DNA from: an uncultured bacterium
Lineage (GTDB): Bacteria > Krumholzibacteriota > Krumholzibacteriia > Krumholzibacteriales > Krumholzibacteriaceae
DNA length: 49,489 nt
Direction: 5' to 3'
Assembly (NCBI GenBank): GCA_965370495.1
Contig: CBDUUV010000003.1
Location: forward strand, 1 to 49,489
The number at the start of each line of letters is the position of its first letter. Position 1 is the first letter of the stretch. A program made the position numbers and the translations under genes. The notes under the pieces were generated by a model. The model was not told the DNA's origin and did no database searches. It was given only the letters and a program-made list of their open reading frames with translations. Positions 35,286 to 45,018 of the stretch are shown here, one piece after another.

Positions 35286-36794
35286 CTACCTGTAATCTTT
35301 CCACTGATTGATCTTTTTTCTCAATTCGACAGCATTGGAAGCGTTCGGTACGTAATCGAGATATTTCTCGTATGTCTCTCTTGCTCTCTGATATACCCCG
35401 ACCTCTTCGCACAACTGCCCGAGCTCAAGGTACACCCATGGCATATCCCTGATCACCCTGTTCTCATCCATCTTGATCAGTTTTTCCAGTGTTGCCGTCA
35501 TTTTAGGAACGTCGTTGATGTTCTTGTAAGCCTTGTACATCACCGTTCGTAGCGCAAAATCCTTTGGTTTTTTTTGAGCAACCAGCTCGAGATAGAGAAT
35601 CGCATCACGATTCAGCCCGGCACTGAAGAAAAACAGGCCCTTCTGGTAATCAAGTTCCCCTTCGGGAACCAGTGCCTTGATTTCGGATGAGTTCAGTATC
35701 TTTTCGCCGGCATCAACATTACCGTTGACACCCAGCACCCTTGCGAACTGGAAAAAACCCTTTAAGTAGGCGGTATCTAAATCATAGGCTTTCAGCAGAG
35801 CCTGAAGGCATGTCTCTCCCTTGTCCTGAAACCCTCTCGCTACAGCCAGCGAGAAGAACAAGCCGGCGGCCGGGTATCTCTCGGTTAAATGGCCATACAG
35901 AGCTTCAGCCCTGTCGTACCGTCCCGAGATCAAGGCTTCCTCAGCTTCCATCATCATCGAATATTTTTCGGGAATGGGGCCTTCAAGCGTCTCCGGATGG
36001 GTCAGGATATCCTCAATGACATCACCAAAGAACCTCATGTCCATAGGAACAGTCCCTGATACGGAAGAAAGATTGATAGTCACCTGGCTCGTTCTGATAT
36101 TTTTCCTCTTGAGCATCCTCAGAAAATCAAAGAGAACTCGGGTTCCCATTCTCTGACCCTTGTCCTGCACCTTCTGTCCCATGAAAAACCCAAGGTCTAT
36201 ATCCAGTATCGCCGTCTCCTCTTCCCCGATCTCGAGGTCCTCCATGTTGGTTACGGTTATCGGTATCCTATCTATCGTCCCGGTAATATACTTTCCGTCC
36301 GACTTTAGATCGGCAAGATCCGTTTTACTGTAATTTCGTTTTTTGTAAAGCACCCTCTTGAAAGACTCGGCCATGTTGGAACCAACGGATGCCGTGGCTG
36401 GCAGGACCCAGATGACTCGTTTGTATAAACCCGAACGCTGACCAAGATTGACGGTGCCCCCTTTTTCGATCACCGTTTTTATCTGGTCTACAACCAGTAT
36501 GTTCTTGCGCTTGAGATGATCCGCTGCATTTTTCATCGTTTCGGTGTAACTGGCCGAAAAGACCCTCATATCATCAGACGTATCGATATGGATCAAAACA
36601 TCAGCCTTCGCGTCGGTTATGACCCAGGCCTGAAGAGCCTCGGAGTTTGTTTCCACTCTGGAAATCTTACGAACAGGGTCCTGTAACGCCACAACCGCTT
36701 CCCGGCCACATCCAGGCAACAGCAGCAACAGCGCCATTGATAAAACCAGGAACACGGCTCCTTTTTCCGGATTGAATCGTTTGCGCAGGTTCAT
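35286..36794 (-). CDS. Lipoprotein: degenerate UPF0489/ureohydrolase-like N-domain plus C-terminal TPR repeats
   Basis: ATG at 36794 after GGAGG; lipobox LPGC; IHIDTSDD and ILDIDLGFF; TPR helices ending YEKYLDYVPN. Confidence 0.7.
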   Translation of the reverse strand: MNLRKRFNPEKGAVFLVLSMALLLLLPGCGREAVVALQDPVRKISRVETNSEALQAWVITDAKADVLIHIDTSDDMRVFSASYTETMKNAADHLKRKNILVVDQIKTVIEKGGTVNLGQRSGLYKRVIWVLPATASVGSNMAESFKRVLYKKRNYSKTDLADLKSDGKYITGTIDRIPITVTNMEDLEIGEEETAILDIDLGFFMGQKVQDKGQRMGTRVLFDFLRMLKRKNIRTSQVTINLSSVSGTVPMDMRFFGDVIEDILTHPETLEGPIPEKYSMMMEAEEALISGRYDRAEALYGHLTERYPAAGLFFSLAVARGFQDKGETCLQALLKAYDLDTAYLKGFFQFARVLGVNGNVDAGEKILNSSEIKALVPEGELDYQKGLFFFSAGLNRDAILYLELVAQKKPKDFALRTVMYKAYKNINDVPKMTATLEKLIKMDENRVIRDMPWVYLELGQLCEEVGVYQRARETYEKYLDYVPNASNAVELRKKINQWKDYR

Positions 36795-37044
36795 GTTTCC
36801 TCCATTTGAGCAGAACCGATTTTCTTCAGGATTCTTCAATACGTCACCGGATATTGAACCGGAATGATGTTGAAACGTTCCATTTATTGTATCACTTAAG
36901 TTACGAAATAGATACGCCGAATTAAATAAAGAATACGGTTTCTTGACAGGCCGGCACAAACAGCTATACCCTTACAGTTGAGACTGAATATCAGCTGACT
37001 GTATCGAATATGTGCGTTCCGGGTTTTTCATGGAGGAAAAGGTT

Positions 37045-38250
37045 ATGCTGCGTCAGCTATTGAGAAAAAATGATTCAAAGATAATTTTTCTTGTCATTGA
37101 TGGCGTCGGTGGTATCAGAACCCGCGATTTCCCGAAAACTGCCCTTGAAGCCGCAAAGACACCCAACCTCGATGCACTGGCCAGAGAGAGCGCCTGCGGC
37201 AGGAGTATGCCGATTTCTCCGGGAGTTACACCTGGCAGCGGCCCGGCTCATTTCTCCCTTTTCGGATATGATCCGCTCTTGCCTGAAAACGACGCCGGCA
37301 GGGGTGTAATCGAGGTGACCGGTACAGGATTTGATCTAAGAGATTCCGATATCGCGATCAGGGGGAATTTTGCCACCATCGATGCTGACGGAATACTTAC
37401 GGACCGCAGAGCCGGCAGGATACCTCACAAGGAAGGCATCCGTATCTGTGATAAGCTGAGTGAAAAGATCAGGGAGATAGATGGCGTAGAGATCCTGATC
37501 ATGCCGGTACGTGAATACAGGTTCGGAATCGTCCTCAGGGGTGAAGGCCTTTCCCCAATAATCGAGGAAACGGATCCGCAGCTTACGGGTAAAAAGCCAC
37601 TTACACCAATTGCAATCGTTCCAGATGCGGAGCGTACATCCGCTATTCTCTTCAAGCTTATAGAAAGAATCAACGACATACTGTCAGACGAGGAAAAGGC
37701 GAAAACCGCGCTTTTACGGGGTATCTCCCGAAAGCCGAAAATCGAGTCTTTCATGGAAAGGTACAAACTGAAAGCTGCCGCCGTGGCTGCCTATCCGCTG
37801 TACCGCGGCGTTGCCAGGCTCTGCGGAATGGACCTTTTCGATACGGGGTTTTCTCCCGCTGAACAGTTCGAAACCGTGAGATCGATCTACAGCGGCGATC
37901 ATGATTTTTTCTTCGTCCACATCAAGAAGACCGATTCGTACGGGGAAGACGGAAATATCGACGGCAAAATAAAAGTCATCGAAGAGGTGGACGCAAGCCT
38001 GCCTCTGCTTCTCGATCTTGACCCGGATGTGATCATTGTTACAGGGGACCATTCCACCCCCTGTGCGATGAAGAGCCATTCGTGGCATCCGGTCCCCTTC
38101 ATGATAGGGTCGGATACCAGCGGCATCGATCACACCGCCGCGTTCAATGAAACTGAATGCGACTTTGGTTCGCTGGGAGTCTTCCCTGCAAAATATATCA
38201 TGGAACTGGCCCTGGCCAATGCGGGAAAGCTGAAAAAATTCGGGGCCTAG
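37045..38250 (+). CDS. apgM: 2,3-bisphosphoglycerate-independent phosphoglycerate mutase (ApgM type)
   Basis: IDGVGG, AKTPNLD, TPGSGPAH, DRRAGRI, HIKKTDSYGEDG, TGDHSTP, HSWHPVP; GGAGG before ATG 37045. Confidence 0.93.
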   Translation: MLRQLLRKNDSKIIFLVIDGVGGIRTRDFPKTALEAAKTPNLDALARESACGRSMPISPGVTPGSGPAHFSLFGYDPLLPENDAGRGVIEVTGTGFDLRDSDIAIRGNFATIDADGILTDRRAGRIPHKEGIRICDKLSEKIREIDGVEILIMPVREYRFGIVLRGEGLSPIIEETDPQLTGKKPLTPIAIVPDAERTSAILFKLIERINDILSDEEKAKTALLRGISRKPKIESFMERYKLKAAAVAAYPLYRGVARLCGMDLFDTGFSPAEQFETVRSIYSGDHDFFFVHIKKTDSYGEDGNIDGKIKVIEEVDASLPLLLDLDPDVIIVTGDHSTPCAMKSHSWHPVPFMIGSDTSGIDHTAAFNETECDFGSLGVFPAKYIMELALANAGKLKKFGA

Positions 38251-38266
38251 GGGGAGGTATCTGCGG

Positions 38267-38326
38267 GAGTGGTATCTTCCCGGGACCACACATCTCCAGA
38301 GTGGCATATTACCGGGGCCACGCATC
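38267..38326. repeat. Two imperfect 28-bp direct repeats, each forming a small hairpin
   Basis: GAGTGGTATCTTCCCGGGACCACACATC (38267-38294) and GAGTGGCATATTACCGGGGCCACGCATC (38299-38326), 23/28 identical. Confidence 0.6.
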
Positions 38327-38374
38327 CACGGGGTAGCACTTCTCAGTGGTGAACCCTTCCCTGATATGACGCCC

Positions 38375-39769
38375 TTACCTGATAAAATGAAATGTCGATA
38401 CAGCTTTTTCCAGTATCTCGATATTTACAAATTCCTTCTCGTGATCACTCTCGGTGTTGGTGGACATCTGGAAAAAATACAGCTCGCTATCATATATAAT
38501 CATCGCCCAGGTCCATATTCCTCCACCCGCCACTGTACTCCCGATCTTGTACCCCCAACTGCCGAAAGCCGCCACCGCTTCCTCTTCCCCTACAGGGATC
38601 TTCTTCGATCCAGAAATCTCCATGTGCTTATCGGTGTTGGTTCCAAGATGCCTGGCAATACTGTCATGGATATCCTGAACGATAATTTCGAGCCTGTTCG
38701 TAGGCTGCCACGATATCTCGAGTTCCGAATAGCCATCCTTTGACTGCATTATCCACTGTATTCTGCCTCTTGACGCATCACCGCTTCCTTCCCTGGCGAA
38801 GAAATCGTCAGGCAGATCCAGACTGAAATCAGGATCTACCGTTTCAACCACAAACGCCTTGTAAACAGCCTGGATATTGAAAGGAAGCATGTTGCCCTGA
38901 AAAAATCCTTCCGTACCGGGTATTGTTTTATCCCTGACTGCTTCAGAAAGCGGCTCTCCTTTTCTGATAGACGATTTTCCAATCTCGATAATATCCTGTA
39001 GATATTTTCTCTGCATGCCAAAAAGCTCTTTACCACAAACCTTCCCCTGCCCTGATACGACCCATTTGGGGGCCATCTTTTCCAGCTTGCCGAGAATACG
39101 GATCCAGTTCTCAAAATCCACTCCCTGGTCTCCCATATTGACATGGTACCTGTTGCCGGTTATACCACCCGTAAAGACCGTTTTTTCGGACTGGACACGG
39201 ACTATAATATCCCCCGCGGTATGCGCTGCTCCAAAGAAAAGGAGCTCGGCTTTAACTCCTCCAAGATCAATCAGCATCCTGTCAGCCATCATGGAATCGG
39301 GAAGCGTCATCCTGACGCCGCGCAGCTGTTCATATTTATCCGGTTTCTGCTCCCTGTAGTAATCGAGATAAATGGGGGTATACTTTTCGATATCCTCCCG
39401 TGTCTCGGGCCTTGAGATGATAACAGCCCCCATGTCGCTGAACACGGAATTGCCCCATATATGATCAGGATGGTAATGCGTGTTGACGACATATTTTACG
39501 GGCAGATCTGTGACCGTCCTGATCGCTTCGAGCAATTCTGTGGCAAGTTCCGGCGTATACCTCGAATCAATGACAAGGACGGCTTCTTTCCCTACGACAA
39601 AACCTGAATTGGTCCCCAGGCCTTCAGCAGCAGAAGGCCCTGCGGCAATAAAAGCGTATACGCCATTCGAAACCCTGACCAGCCCTGTTTGATCTATCTC
39701 TATTCGGGAACAACCCAGGCTGAAAATGAGTAGCGACAGAAGCGTTAACAGCAAGATTCTGATTTTCAT
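38375..39769 (-). CDS. MBL-fold metallo-hydrolase lipoprotein with an extra C-terminal domain
   Basis: Lipobox SLGC; NSGFVVG..VLVIDS; THYHPDHIWGN; AHTAGD. Confidence 0.85.
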   Translation of the reverse strand: MKIRILLLTLLSLLIFSLGCSRIEIDQTGLVRVSNGVYAFIAAGPSAAEGLGTNSGFVVGKEAVLVIDSRYTPELATELLEAIRTVTDLPVKYVVNTHYHPDHIWGNSVFSDMGAVIISRPETREDIEKYTPIYLDYYREQKPDKYEQLRGVRMTLPDSMMADRMLIDLGGVKAELLFFGAAHTAGDIIVRVQSEKTVFTGGITGNRYHVNMGDQGVDFENWIRILGKLEKMAPKWVVSGQGKVCGKELFGMQRKYLQDIIEIGKSSIRKGEPLSEAVRDKTIPGTEGFFQGNMLPFNIQAVYKAFVVETVDPDFSLDLPDDFFAREGSGDASRGRIQWIMQSKDGYSELEISWQPTNRLEIIVQDIHDSIARHLGTNTDKHMEISGSKKIPVGEEEAVAAFGSWGYKIGSTVAGGGIWTWAMIIYDSELYFFQMSTNTESDHEKEFVNIEILEKAVSTFHFIR

Positions 39770-39814
39770 CCGACCATTCCCCTTTCAGTCAACACGGAAT
39801 ATACGGCTGTGGCT

Positions 39815-39843
39815 ATTATAGTCGACTGGAATAGTGTTGTAAA
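39815..39843 (-). promoter_or_regulatory. Sigma70 promoter of the MBL lipoprotein gene
   Basis: Minus strand reads TTTACA-N17-TATAAT. Confidence 0.65.
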
Positions 39844-39850
39844 CAAGCAG

Positions 39851-39882
39851 AAGGGACGGAGTCGCCCGGACACCCGCCCCTT
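39851..39882 (-). terminator. Hairpin downstream of trxA
   Basis: Minus strand AAGGGGCGGGTGTC-CGGGC-GACTCCGTCCCTT, followed by CTGCTTGTTT. Confidence 0.5.
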
Positions 39883-39905
39883 AAGATCAGGTTTTGCTAT
39901 CGACA

Positions 39906-40235
39906 CTACGTCAGGGCCTTGTCGATCCATTCTTTGAAGTATTCCTTCGGAGCCGCTCCCGAAATGGAGTCCAGTACTTCTCCACCCTTGAGTATCTTGA
40001 GAGTCGGAATGCTCATGATTCCATACTTGGTCGCGGTCTCGCGTGATTCGTCGGTATTGAGTTTTACAAATTTGACCTTGCCATCATAATCCTCGGCAAG
40101 TTCCTCGATCACAGGACCGACCATCAGGCACGGACCGCACCATGGTGCCCAGAAATCCACTACTACCGGCAGTTCTGAATCGATTACACTCTCCTGGAAA
40201 TCATTATCACTTACGTGTAACACCTTGTCGCTCAT
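39906..40235 (-). CDS. trxA: Thioredoxin
   Basis: VVDFWAPWCGPC; YGIMSIPT; 109 aa. Confidence 0.96.
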   Translation of the reverse strand: MSDKVLHVSDNDFQESVIDSELPVVVDFWAPWCGPCLMVGPVIEELAEDYDGKVKFVKLNTDESRETATKYGIMSIPTLKILKGGEVLDSISGAAPKEYFKEWIDKALT

Positions 40236-40237
40236 AA

Positions 40238-40576
40238 TTACTTCCTCCCTGGCTTTTTAAGCCCTGTTCCGCATCTGCCAAGACACGTCAGCATACTGAC
40301 AACATTCATTTCCTTCATACTGTAATAGACCCTCGGAACATCCCGCCTGCGCTGCACAATATTGTTCAGCCTCAGATTTTTCAGCTGTTGCGAAACCAGC
40401 GACTGTTTCAATCCTGTTCGCAGGCAGATATCCGAAACGGTACATTCGCCTTCTGTCAGGAGATTCACGATACGCAATCTGGCCGGGTTGGCAAGAGACC
40501 TGAGCAATTCTGACAAACGTTCTATCTCAGTCTCGGACAGAGGCGCTTTATTTTTTCCTGAACTCATACTATACAC
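40238..40576 (-). CDS. ArsR/SmtB family transcriptional regulator
   Basis: LRSLANPARLRI, ECTVSDIC, QSLVSQQL..LR, VYYS; C-terminal CLGRC. Start may be 40567. Confidence 0.9.
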   Translation of the reverse strand: MYSMSSGKNKAPLSETEIERLSELLRSLANPARLRIVNLLTEGECTVSDICLRTGLKQSLVSQQLKNLRLNNIVQRRRDVPRVYYSMKEMNVVSMLTCLGRCGTGLKKPGRK

Positions 40577-40592
40577 CTTTCTTTCTTCATAT

Positions 40593-40627
40593 GCATATTA
40601 GTATATATTAATATGCTGTTTTGTCAA
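40593..40627 (-). promoter_or_regulatory. Sigma70 promoter with overlapping 24-bp palindromic operator (probable ArsR autoregulation)
   Basis: TTGACA (40627-40622)-N16-TATACT (40605-40600); palindrome GCATATTAGTATATATTAATATGC (40593-40616) with one mismatched pair. Confidence 0.75.
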
Positions 40628-40894
40628 CAGCTTTTTTGCTTTTTTGGGATTTCTTTCTGACAGCTGCTGAAGAGCCCCCTCTATGCTGCACTTCCTGGTC
40701 CCATGCAAAACAGCTTGCCCCCCTGTTATGAGCCCTGTTTATCCCGGGAATAACACCTTCTTCCATTCTTCTTGACACTTCTTCTTAAAATAAAATAGAG
40801 TTCCTGTGACTGACGGGACGGTCACTATCAGCGCAACAGCCGATCGTTCCATATAATATTTCATGCGGGCTGAGGCCCGGGGAGGTCGGGAGTC

Positions 40895-41773
40895 ATGTTG
40901 AAAGGTTTATATATCGCGCTCGTTACCCCATTTAATGAAGATAACAGCCTGAACGAGGACAAGCTCAAAGAACTCGTCAGATTCCATATCGACGCGGGAA
41001 CAGACGGTCTCGTCCCTTGCGCGACTACAAGCGAGAATCCAACATATACATGGGAAGAGCATTTCAGAATCATCGAACTGGTGGTCGGCGAAGCCGCGGG
41101 CAAACTGAAAGTAGTGGCAGGGTGCGGTACAAATTCGACTACGAAATCGATAGAAAATATCAAGAAAGCGCGTGAACTCGGAGCTGACGGCGCAATGGTC
41201 GTTACGCCTTACTATAACAAACCCACGCAGGAAGGCCTTTATGCCCACTTTATGAAACTTGCCGACGATGGTGACCTTCCCCTGATGCTCTACAATGTTC
41301 CTGGCCGTACAGGCCTTAATATGAAACCGGCGACCGTGGCAAGGCTTTCGAAACACAACAATATCATCGGCGTCAAGGAAGCCAGCGGATCGATAGAACA
41401 AATGGCTGAAATAATAATGCTGTGCGGCGATGATATCATCCTGATGTCCGGGGATGACAGTATCACCCTTCCCGTCCTTTCGATAGGTGGCAAGGGAGTC
41501 GTCAGCGTTGTCGGAAATATTGTTCCGAAAGATGTTCTGGCAATGATCGCGGCATTCTCCAGTGGCGACCTCGCCGAAGCCCGCAGATTGCACTACAAGC
41601 TCCTGCCGCTGGCCCAGTCCATGTTCATCGAGACCAATCCGATGCCGGTCAAGGAAGCGATGAACATGCTCGGCATGGGTGTCGGGAATGTAAGGCTTCC
41701 CCTTGTGAGGATGATGCCGGAGACCCTCAAGACTCTCTCGAAAGCCCTGACTGATTACGGACTCCATGTATAG
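40895..41773 (+). CDS. dapA: 4-hydroxy-tetrahydrodipicolinate synthase
   Basis: ALVTPF, ATTSE, VTPYYNKP, YNVPGRT, GVKEASG, ETNPMPVK. Confidence 0.96.
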   Translation: MLKGLYIALVTPFNEDNSLNEDKLKELVRFHIDAGTDGLVPCATTSENPTYTWEEHFRIIELVVGEAAGKLKVVAGCGTNSTTKSIENIKKARELGADGAMVVTPYYNKPTQEGLYAHFMKLADDGDLPLMLYNVPGRTGLNMKPATVARLSKHNNIIGVKEASGSIEQMAEIIMLCGDDIILMSGDDSITLPVLSIGGKGVVSVVGNIVPKDVLAMIAAFSSGDLAEARRLHYKLLPLAQSMFIETNPMPVKEAMNMLGMGVGNVRLPLVRMMPETLKTLSKALTDYGLHV

Positions 41774-41784
41774 CCGCCCGGCCA

Positions 41785-42576
41785 ATGGCTGAAAGGATTT
41801 TTTCGATGATAAAGGTTATTCTTGCTGGAGCTCTCGGAAGGATGGGCAAGACGCTCGCTGTAGAGATAGAGGCCGATTCCGGCCTGGAACTGGCCGGCGC
41901 AGTCGAGGCTCCGGGGCACAGCGGGCTGGGTACCGTTTTCCATGGCGTCGAAGTCGTATCAGATCTTCGGGAAATACTTGGTGTCGCCGATGTTGTCATT
42001 GATTTTTCTTCTCCCGATTCTGCCATGTCTCAGATCGTCGAATGCGCGGCGGCAGGAAAGGCTTTCGTTACCGGAACGACGGGGCTTTCCACAGGCCAGC
42101 TTGCCGAGGCGAAAAAAGCGGCAAACAGGATTCCCATACTGATCAGCCCCAACATGTCCGCCGGAGTCAATCTTCTTTTCAAGATCACTGCGGAAGTGGC
42201 CCGGGCCCTGCCTGATTTCGATATAGAGATCGTGGAGATCCATCACAACAGGAAAAAAGATTCTCCCAGCGGCACAGCCGCAAAAATAGCCGAAATAGCA
42301 AAAAACACCCGGAAGGGGTCAACACTTGTATATGGCAGAGAAGGGTTTGTAGGCGAGCGGCCTGCCGGCGAGATCGGGATGCATTCGCTCAGGGGTGGGG
42401 ATGTGACCGGGGAACACCAGGTGATTTTCGCGGGCGAAGGCGAAAGATTCGAGCTTGTCCACAGGGCCCATTCGCGAAGAACCTTTGCCCGGGGAGCCAT
42501 TCGCGCGATCCATTTTATCCATCAGCAGGGCCCCGGGATCTACAACATGGCTGATGTGCTGGGAATCAGCGACTAG
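41785..42576 (+). CDS. dapB: 4-hydroxy-tetrahydrodipicolinate reductase
   Basis: GALGRMG, VIDFS, GTTG, EIHHNRKKDSPSGTA, HSLRGG, FARGA. Start may be 41806. Confidence 0.96.
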   Translation: MAERIFSMIKVILAGALGRMGKTLAVEIEADSGLELAGAVEAPGHSGLGTVFHGVEVVSDLREILGVADVVIDFSSPDSAMSQIVECAAAGKAFVTGTTGLSTGQLAEAKKAANRIPILISPNMSAGVNLLFKITAEVARALPDFDIEIVEIHHNRKKDSPSGTAAKIAEIAKNTRKGSTLVYGREGFVGERPAGEIGMHSLRGGDVTGEHQVIFAGEGERFELVHRAHSRRTFARGAIRAIHFIHQQGPGIYNMADVLGISD

Positions 42577-42596
42577 ATCATGTACCGGTCAAAAAG

Positions 42597-42655
42597 AAAT
42601 ACCCGGAGACGTAAGATAGTATCCATAGATAATATCCATTCCGCTCCGGGTATTT
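42597..42655. terminator. Bidirectional terminator-like inverted repeat between dapB and hom
   Basis: AAATACCCGGAG / CTCCGGGTATTT 12-bp stem with a 35-nt loop, flanked by A and T runs. Confidence 0.55.
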
Positions 42656-42714
42656 TTATTTCTACGGGCATTAGCCCCGCCGCTTTCAACACCCTGTCAC
42701 ATGAAGGTTTTCCT

Positions 42715-43737
42715 TCATGGCTTATTATTGATCGCGAGCAAATCTGCAAGTAATGAGTACCCTGTTTCCTTCTTTCCGGCACCTGGTCCGACGATCGTAA
42801 CGGCACCGAGCAGATCCGTCTCAAATGTGAGCGCGTTCATAGCTCCACCCACAGAGGCCAGGGGGTCCGTAAGGGCAACTTTTTCGGGTTTAACCGACGC
42901 AGTGACGGCTCCACCCTTTTTTGTGACCTTACCTATGAGTTTCCAGCGCATTCCCTCTTTTCCCGCGGCCTGGATATCTTCGAGACTTATCCCCGTAATG
43001 CCTGTCCTGTCAACATCTTCCGGACCGATCCCGGCGCCCATAACACTCCTGGCAAGGATCACAACCTTGGCAAGGGCATCGAACCCCTCCACATCGGCTG
43101 TCGGGTCGGCTTCGGCAAACCCGAGTTCCTGCGCTTCTTTCAGAGCATCTTCGTAACTCTTTCCAGTCTCCATGTTCGTAAGAATAAAGTTGGTAGTCCC
43201 ATTGAGAATTCCGCGGATCTCGCTGATCTCGTTACCCGCAAGGCACATCTCGACGAGGTTGAGAACAGGTGTGCCGGCTACTACCGTACCTTCGTAACGG
43301 AATTGAACATTTTTTGCCTTTGCCAGCTCGGAGATCTCGCGAAAAAACAGCGCCGTAGGCCCCTTGTTCGTCGTGATAAGGTGCTTGCCACTCTCCAGGG
43401 CAGCCCTGAAATGGCTGTTCGCGGGTTCAGCCGTCTTGATGTCTGTGTAGGAAACCTCTATTACGACATCTGCATCAGACTGTTTGATCGTTTCGAGAGC
43501 ATCAAGCCCGGTCGTTGCCCCCGGATATTCCGAGATCCTGCCGTCCTTTGCAAGCTCGAGAAGTTTGCCCGGATCGAGTCCGTTATTATTCAGCGCCGAA
43601 CCTTTCGTAAAATCACTTACGGCAACGATAGAATATTCCAGGCCGTGCTTCTTCTCCAGGGTCTCCTTCTTTTCGATAAGGATCTCCACCAGGCCCTGCC
43701 CGACAACACCAAACCCGATAAAAGCCAGTTTCTGCAT
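42715..43737 (-). CDS. hom: Homoserine dehydrogenase (short form, no ACT domain)
   Basis: IGFGVVG, TTNKGP, YEGTVVAGTP, GILNGTTNFIL, AEADPTADVEGFD, GPGAG; ATG 43737 after GGGAGG. Confidence 0.94.
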   Translation of the reverse strand: MQKLAFIGFGVVGQGLVEILIEKKETLEKKHGLEYSIVAVSDFTKGSALNNNGLDPGKLLELAKDGRISEYPGATTGLDALETIKQSDADVVIEVSYTDIKTAEPANSHFRAALESGKHLITTNKGPTALFFREISELAKAKNVQFRYEGTVVAGTPVLNLVEMCLAGNEISEIRGILNGTTNFILTNMETGKSYEDALKEAQELGFAEADPTADVEGFDALAKVVILARSVMGAGIGPEDVDRTGITGISLEDIQAAGKEGMRWKLIGKVTKKGGAVTASVKPEKVALTDPLASVGGAMNALTFETDLLGAVTIVGPGAGKKETGYSLLADLLAINNKP

Positions 43738-44036
43738 CTTATCCTCCCTGCCGGATATCCAGATCACCCGGCTTGTTAAGATCATTTTTCAGTACATATA
43801 CCATTACATTTTTGCGGGCATATCGTCAAGGGACATGGATAGGGGACAGAGTTTCCCCATTTTTTCATCAAACAATACCGAACAACTTCTTTTATGCCTT
43901 ACACTCACGTATTGGATCGGGGAAATGGAAAAGAAGTATGGAGTCCCATAGAAGGCATGTTATGGTAGATTATCAGATAAGACAATGCAACAGCTGTTGA
44001 GGCAACTCAGGTGAAACCAACGTTATGGGAGAAGAT

Positions 44037-44927
44037 ATGAAGAAAAAACCGCTGATTGCCTATCTTGTTCTCATCACGCTGATAAGCGGCGGGTTCATTA
44101 TTGGTGTAAAGCAGATGGGCAAGGCCGGCAATTATCTTGCCGGGGCTTATATGCTCGGCCCCGCCATCGCCGCCACCATCACGCGCCTGTTTTTCTATAA
44201 GAGAAGATTTAGAGATGCTCATCTCGGCTTTGGCAGGCTGAAGGATTATCTCCGGTTCTGGGGAATTACATTAGTTATTGTTCTTGTCTCTTATGTAACA
44301 TATACGATTCTTGGCTCAATCTCATGGGATTTTAGTGGCGAAACTTTTCTAACGCAACTCAAAGATCAGATGGCTCTATCCGGCCAGGATATAGACAACC
44401 TGCCTGCCGGACTGACCCCAAGAATGATGTTGCTTGTCTTTCTCATCGGAGGCCTGACGGTTTTCAATATTCCCATGATGATTGCCGGATTTGGGGAAGA
44501 ATTCGGTTGGCGAGGGCTTTTGTTTCCACAACTGTGCCGAACCCGGCTGGTAACTGGCTTCGTTGTTGGTGGCCTTATCTGGTTTGCATGGCATGTTCCC
44601 TTGATCTTCATTATGCCAGGCTCCATAGACTTTGCGCTGTGGCAGCACATAGCTAATGGAATCGTGCTGGCAATTGGATCTATCTGTACCTTTGTCTTTT
44701 TTGCGTATGTATATGCCAAGTCCGGGACTATATGGGTGGCGTCCTTTGTCCATGCTGTGTTCAACAACGGGTCTCGCTCATTTGCGTACTTTGCCAAAGT
44801 CGAAAACCAGCTTCTGGCCAACCTGGGACTGACTATCACTATGCTTGCGGTTGTCGCCTTTCTTTATTCCCAAAAGGAATTCAATGTGTTTAAGGAATTC
44901 TTTGCCAGGGAAGAGAGTGGCACTTAA
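44037..44927 (+). CDS. CPBP (Abi/CAAX) family intramembrane glutamic endopeptidase
   Basis: GEEFGWRG, WFAWH and VHAVFN motifs; multiple TM segments. Start 44025 or 44037. Confidence 0.92.
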   Translation: MKKKPLIAYLVLITLISGGFIIGVKQMGKAGNYLAGAYMLGPAIAATITRLFFYKRRFRDAHLGFGRLKDYLRFWGITLVIVLVSYVTYTILGSISWDFSGETFLTQLKDQMALSGQDIDNLPAGLTPRMMLLVFLIGGLTVFNIPMMIAGFGEEFGWRGLLFPQLCRTRLVTGFVVGGLIWFAWHVPLIFIMPGSIDFALWQHIANGIVLAIGSICTFVFFAYVYAKSGTIWVASFVHAVFNNGSRSFAYFAKVENQLLANLGLTITMLAVVAFLYSQKEFNVFKEFFAREESGT

Positions 44928-45018
44928 CAGTTAACAGGAACGACCCGAAAATTGTTTCAAATGACACATACACCAAAGAATGATATATTATTAAAAGAAA
45001 GAAGGGGGTGCCTCAACC

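Noticed and set aside
40800-40894. Lysine riboswitch upstream of dapA
   Set aside because: The leader is too short and lacks recognisable L-box motifs.
40907-41785. 292-aa antisense ORF spanning dapA
   Set aside because: Shadow of a conserved gene; no motifs or RBS seen.
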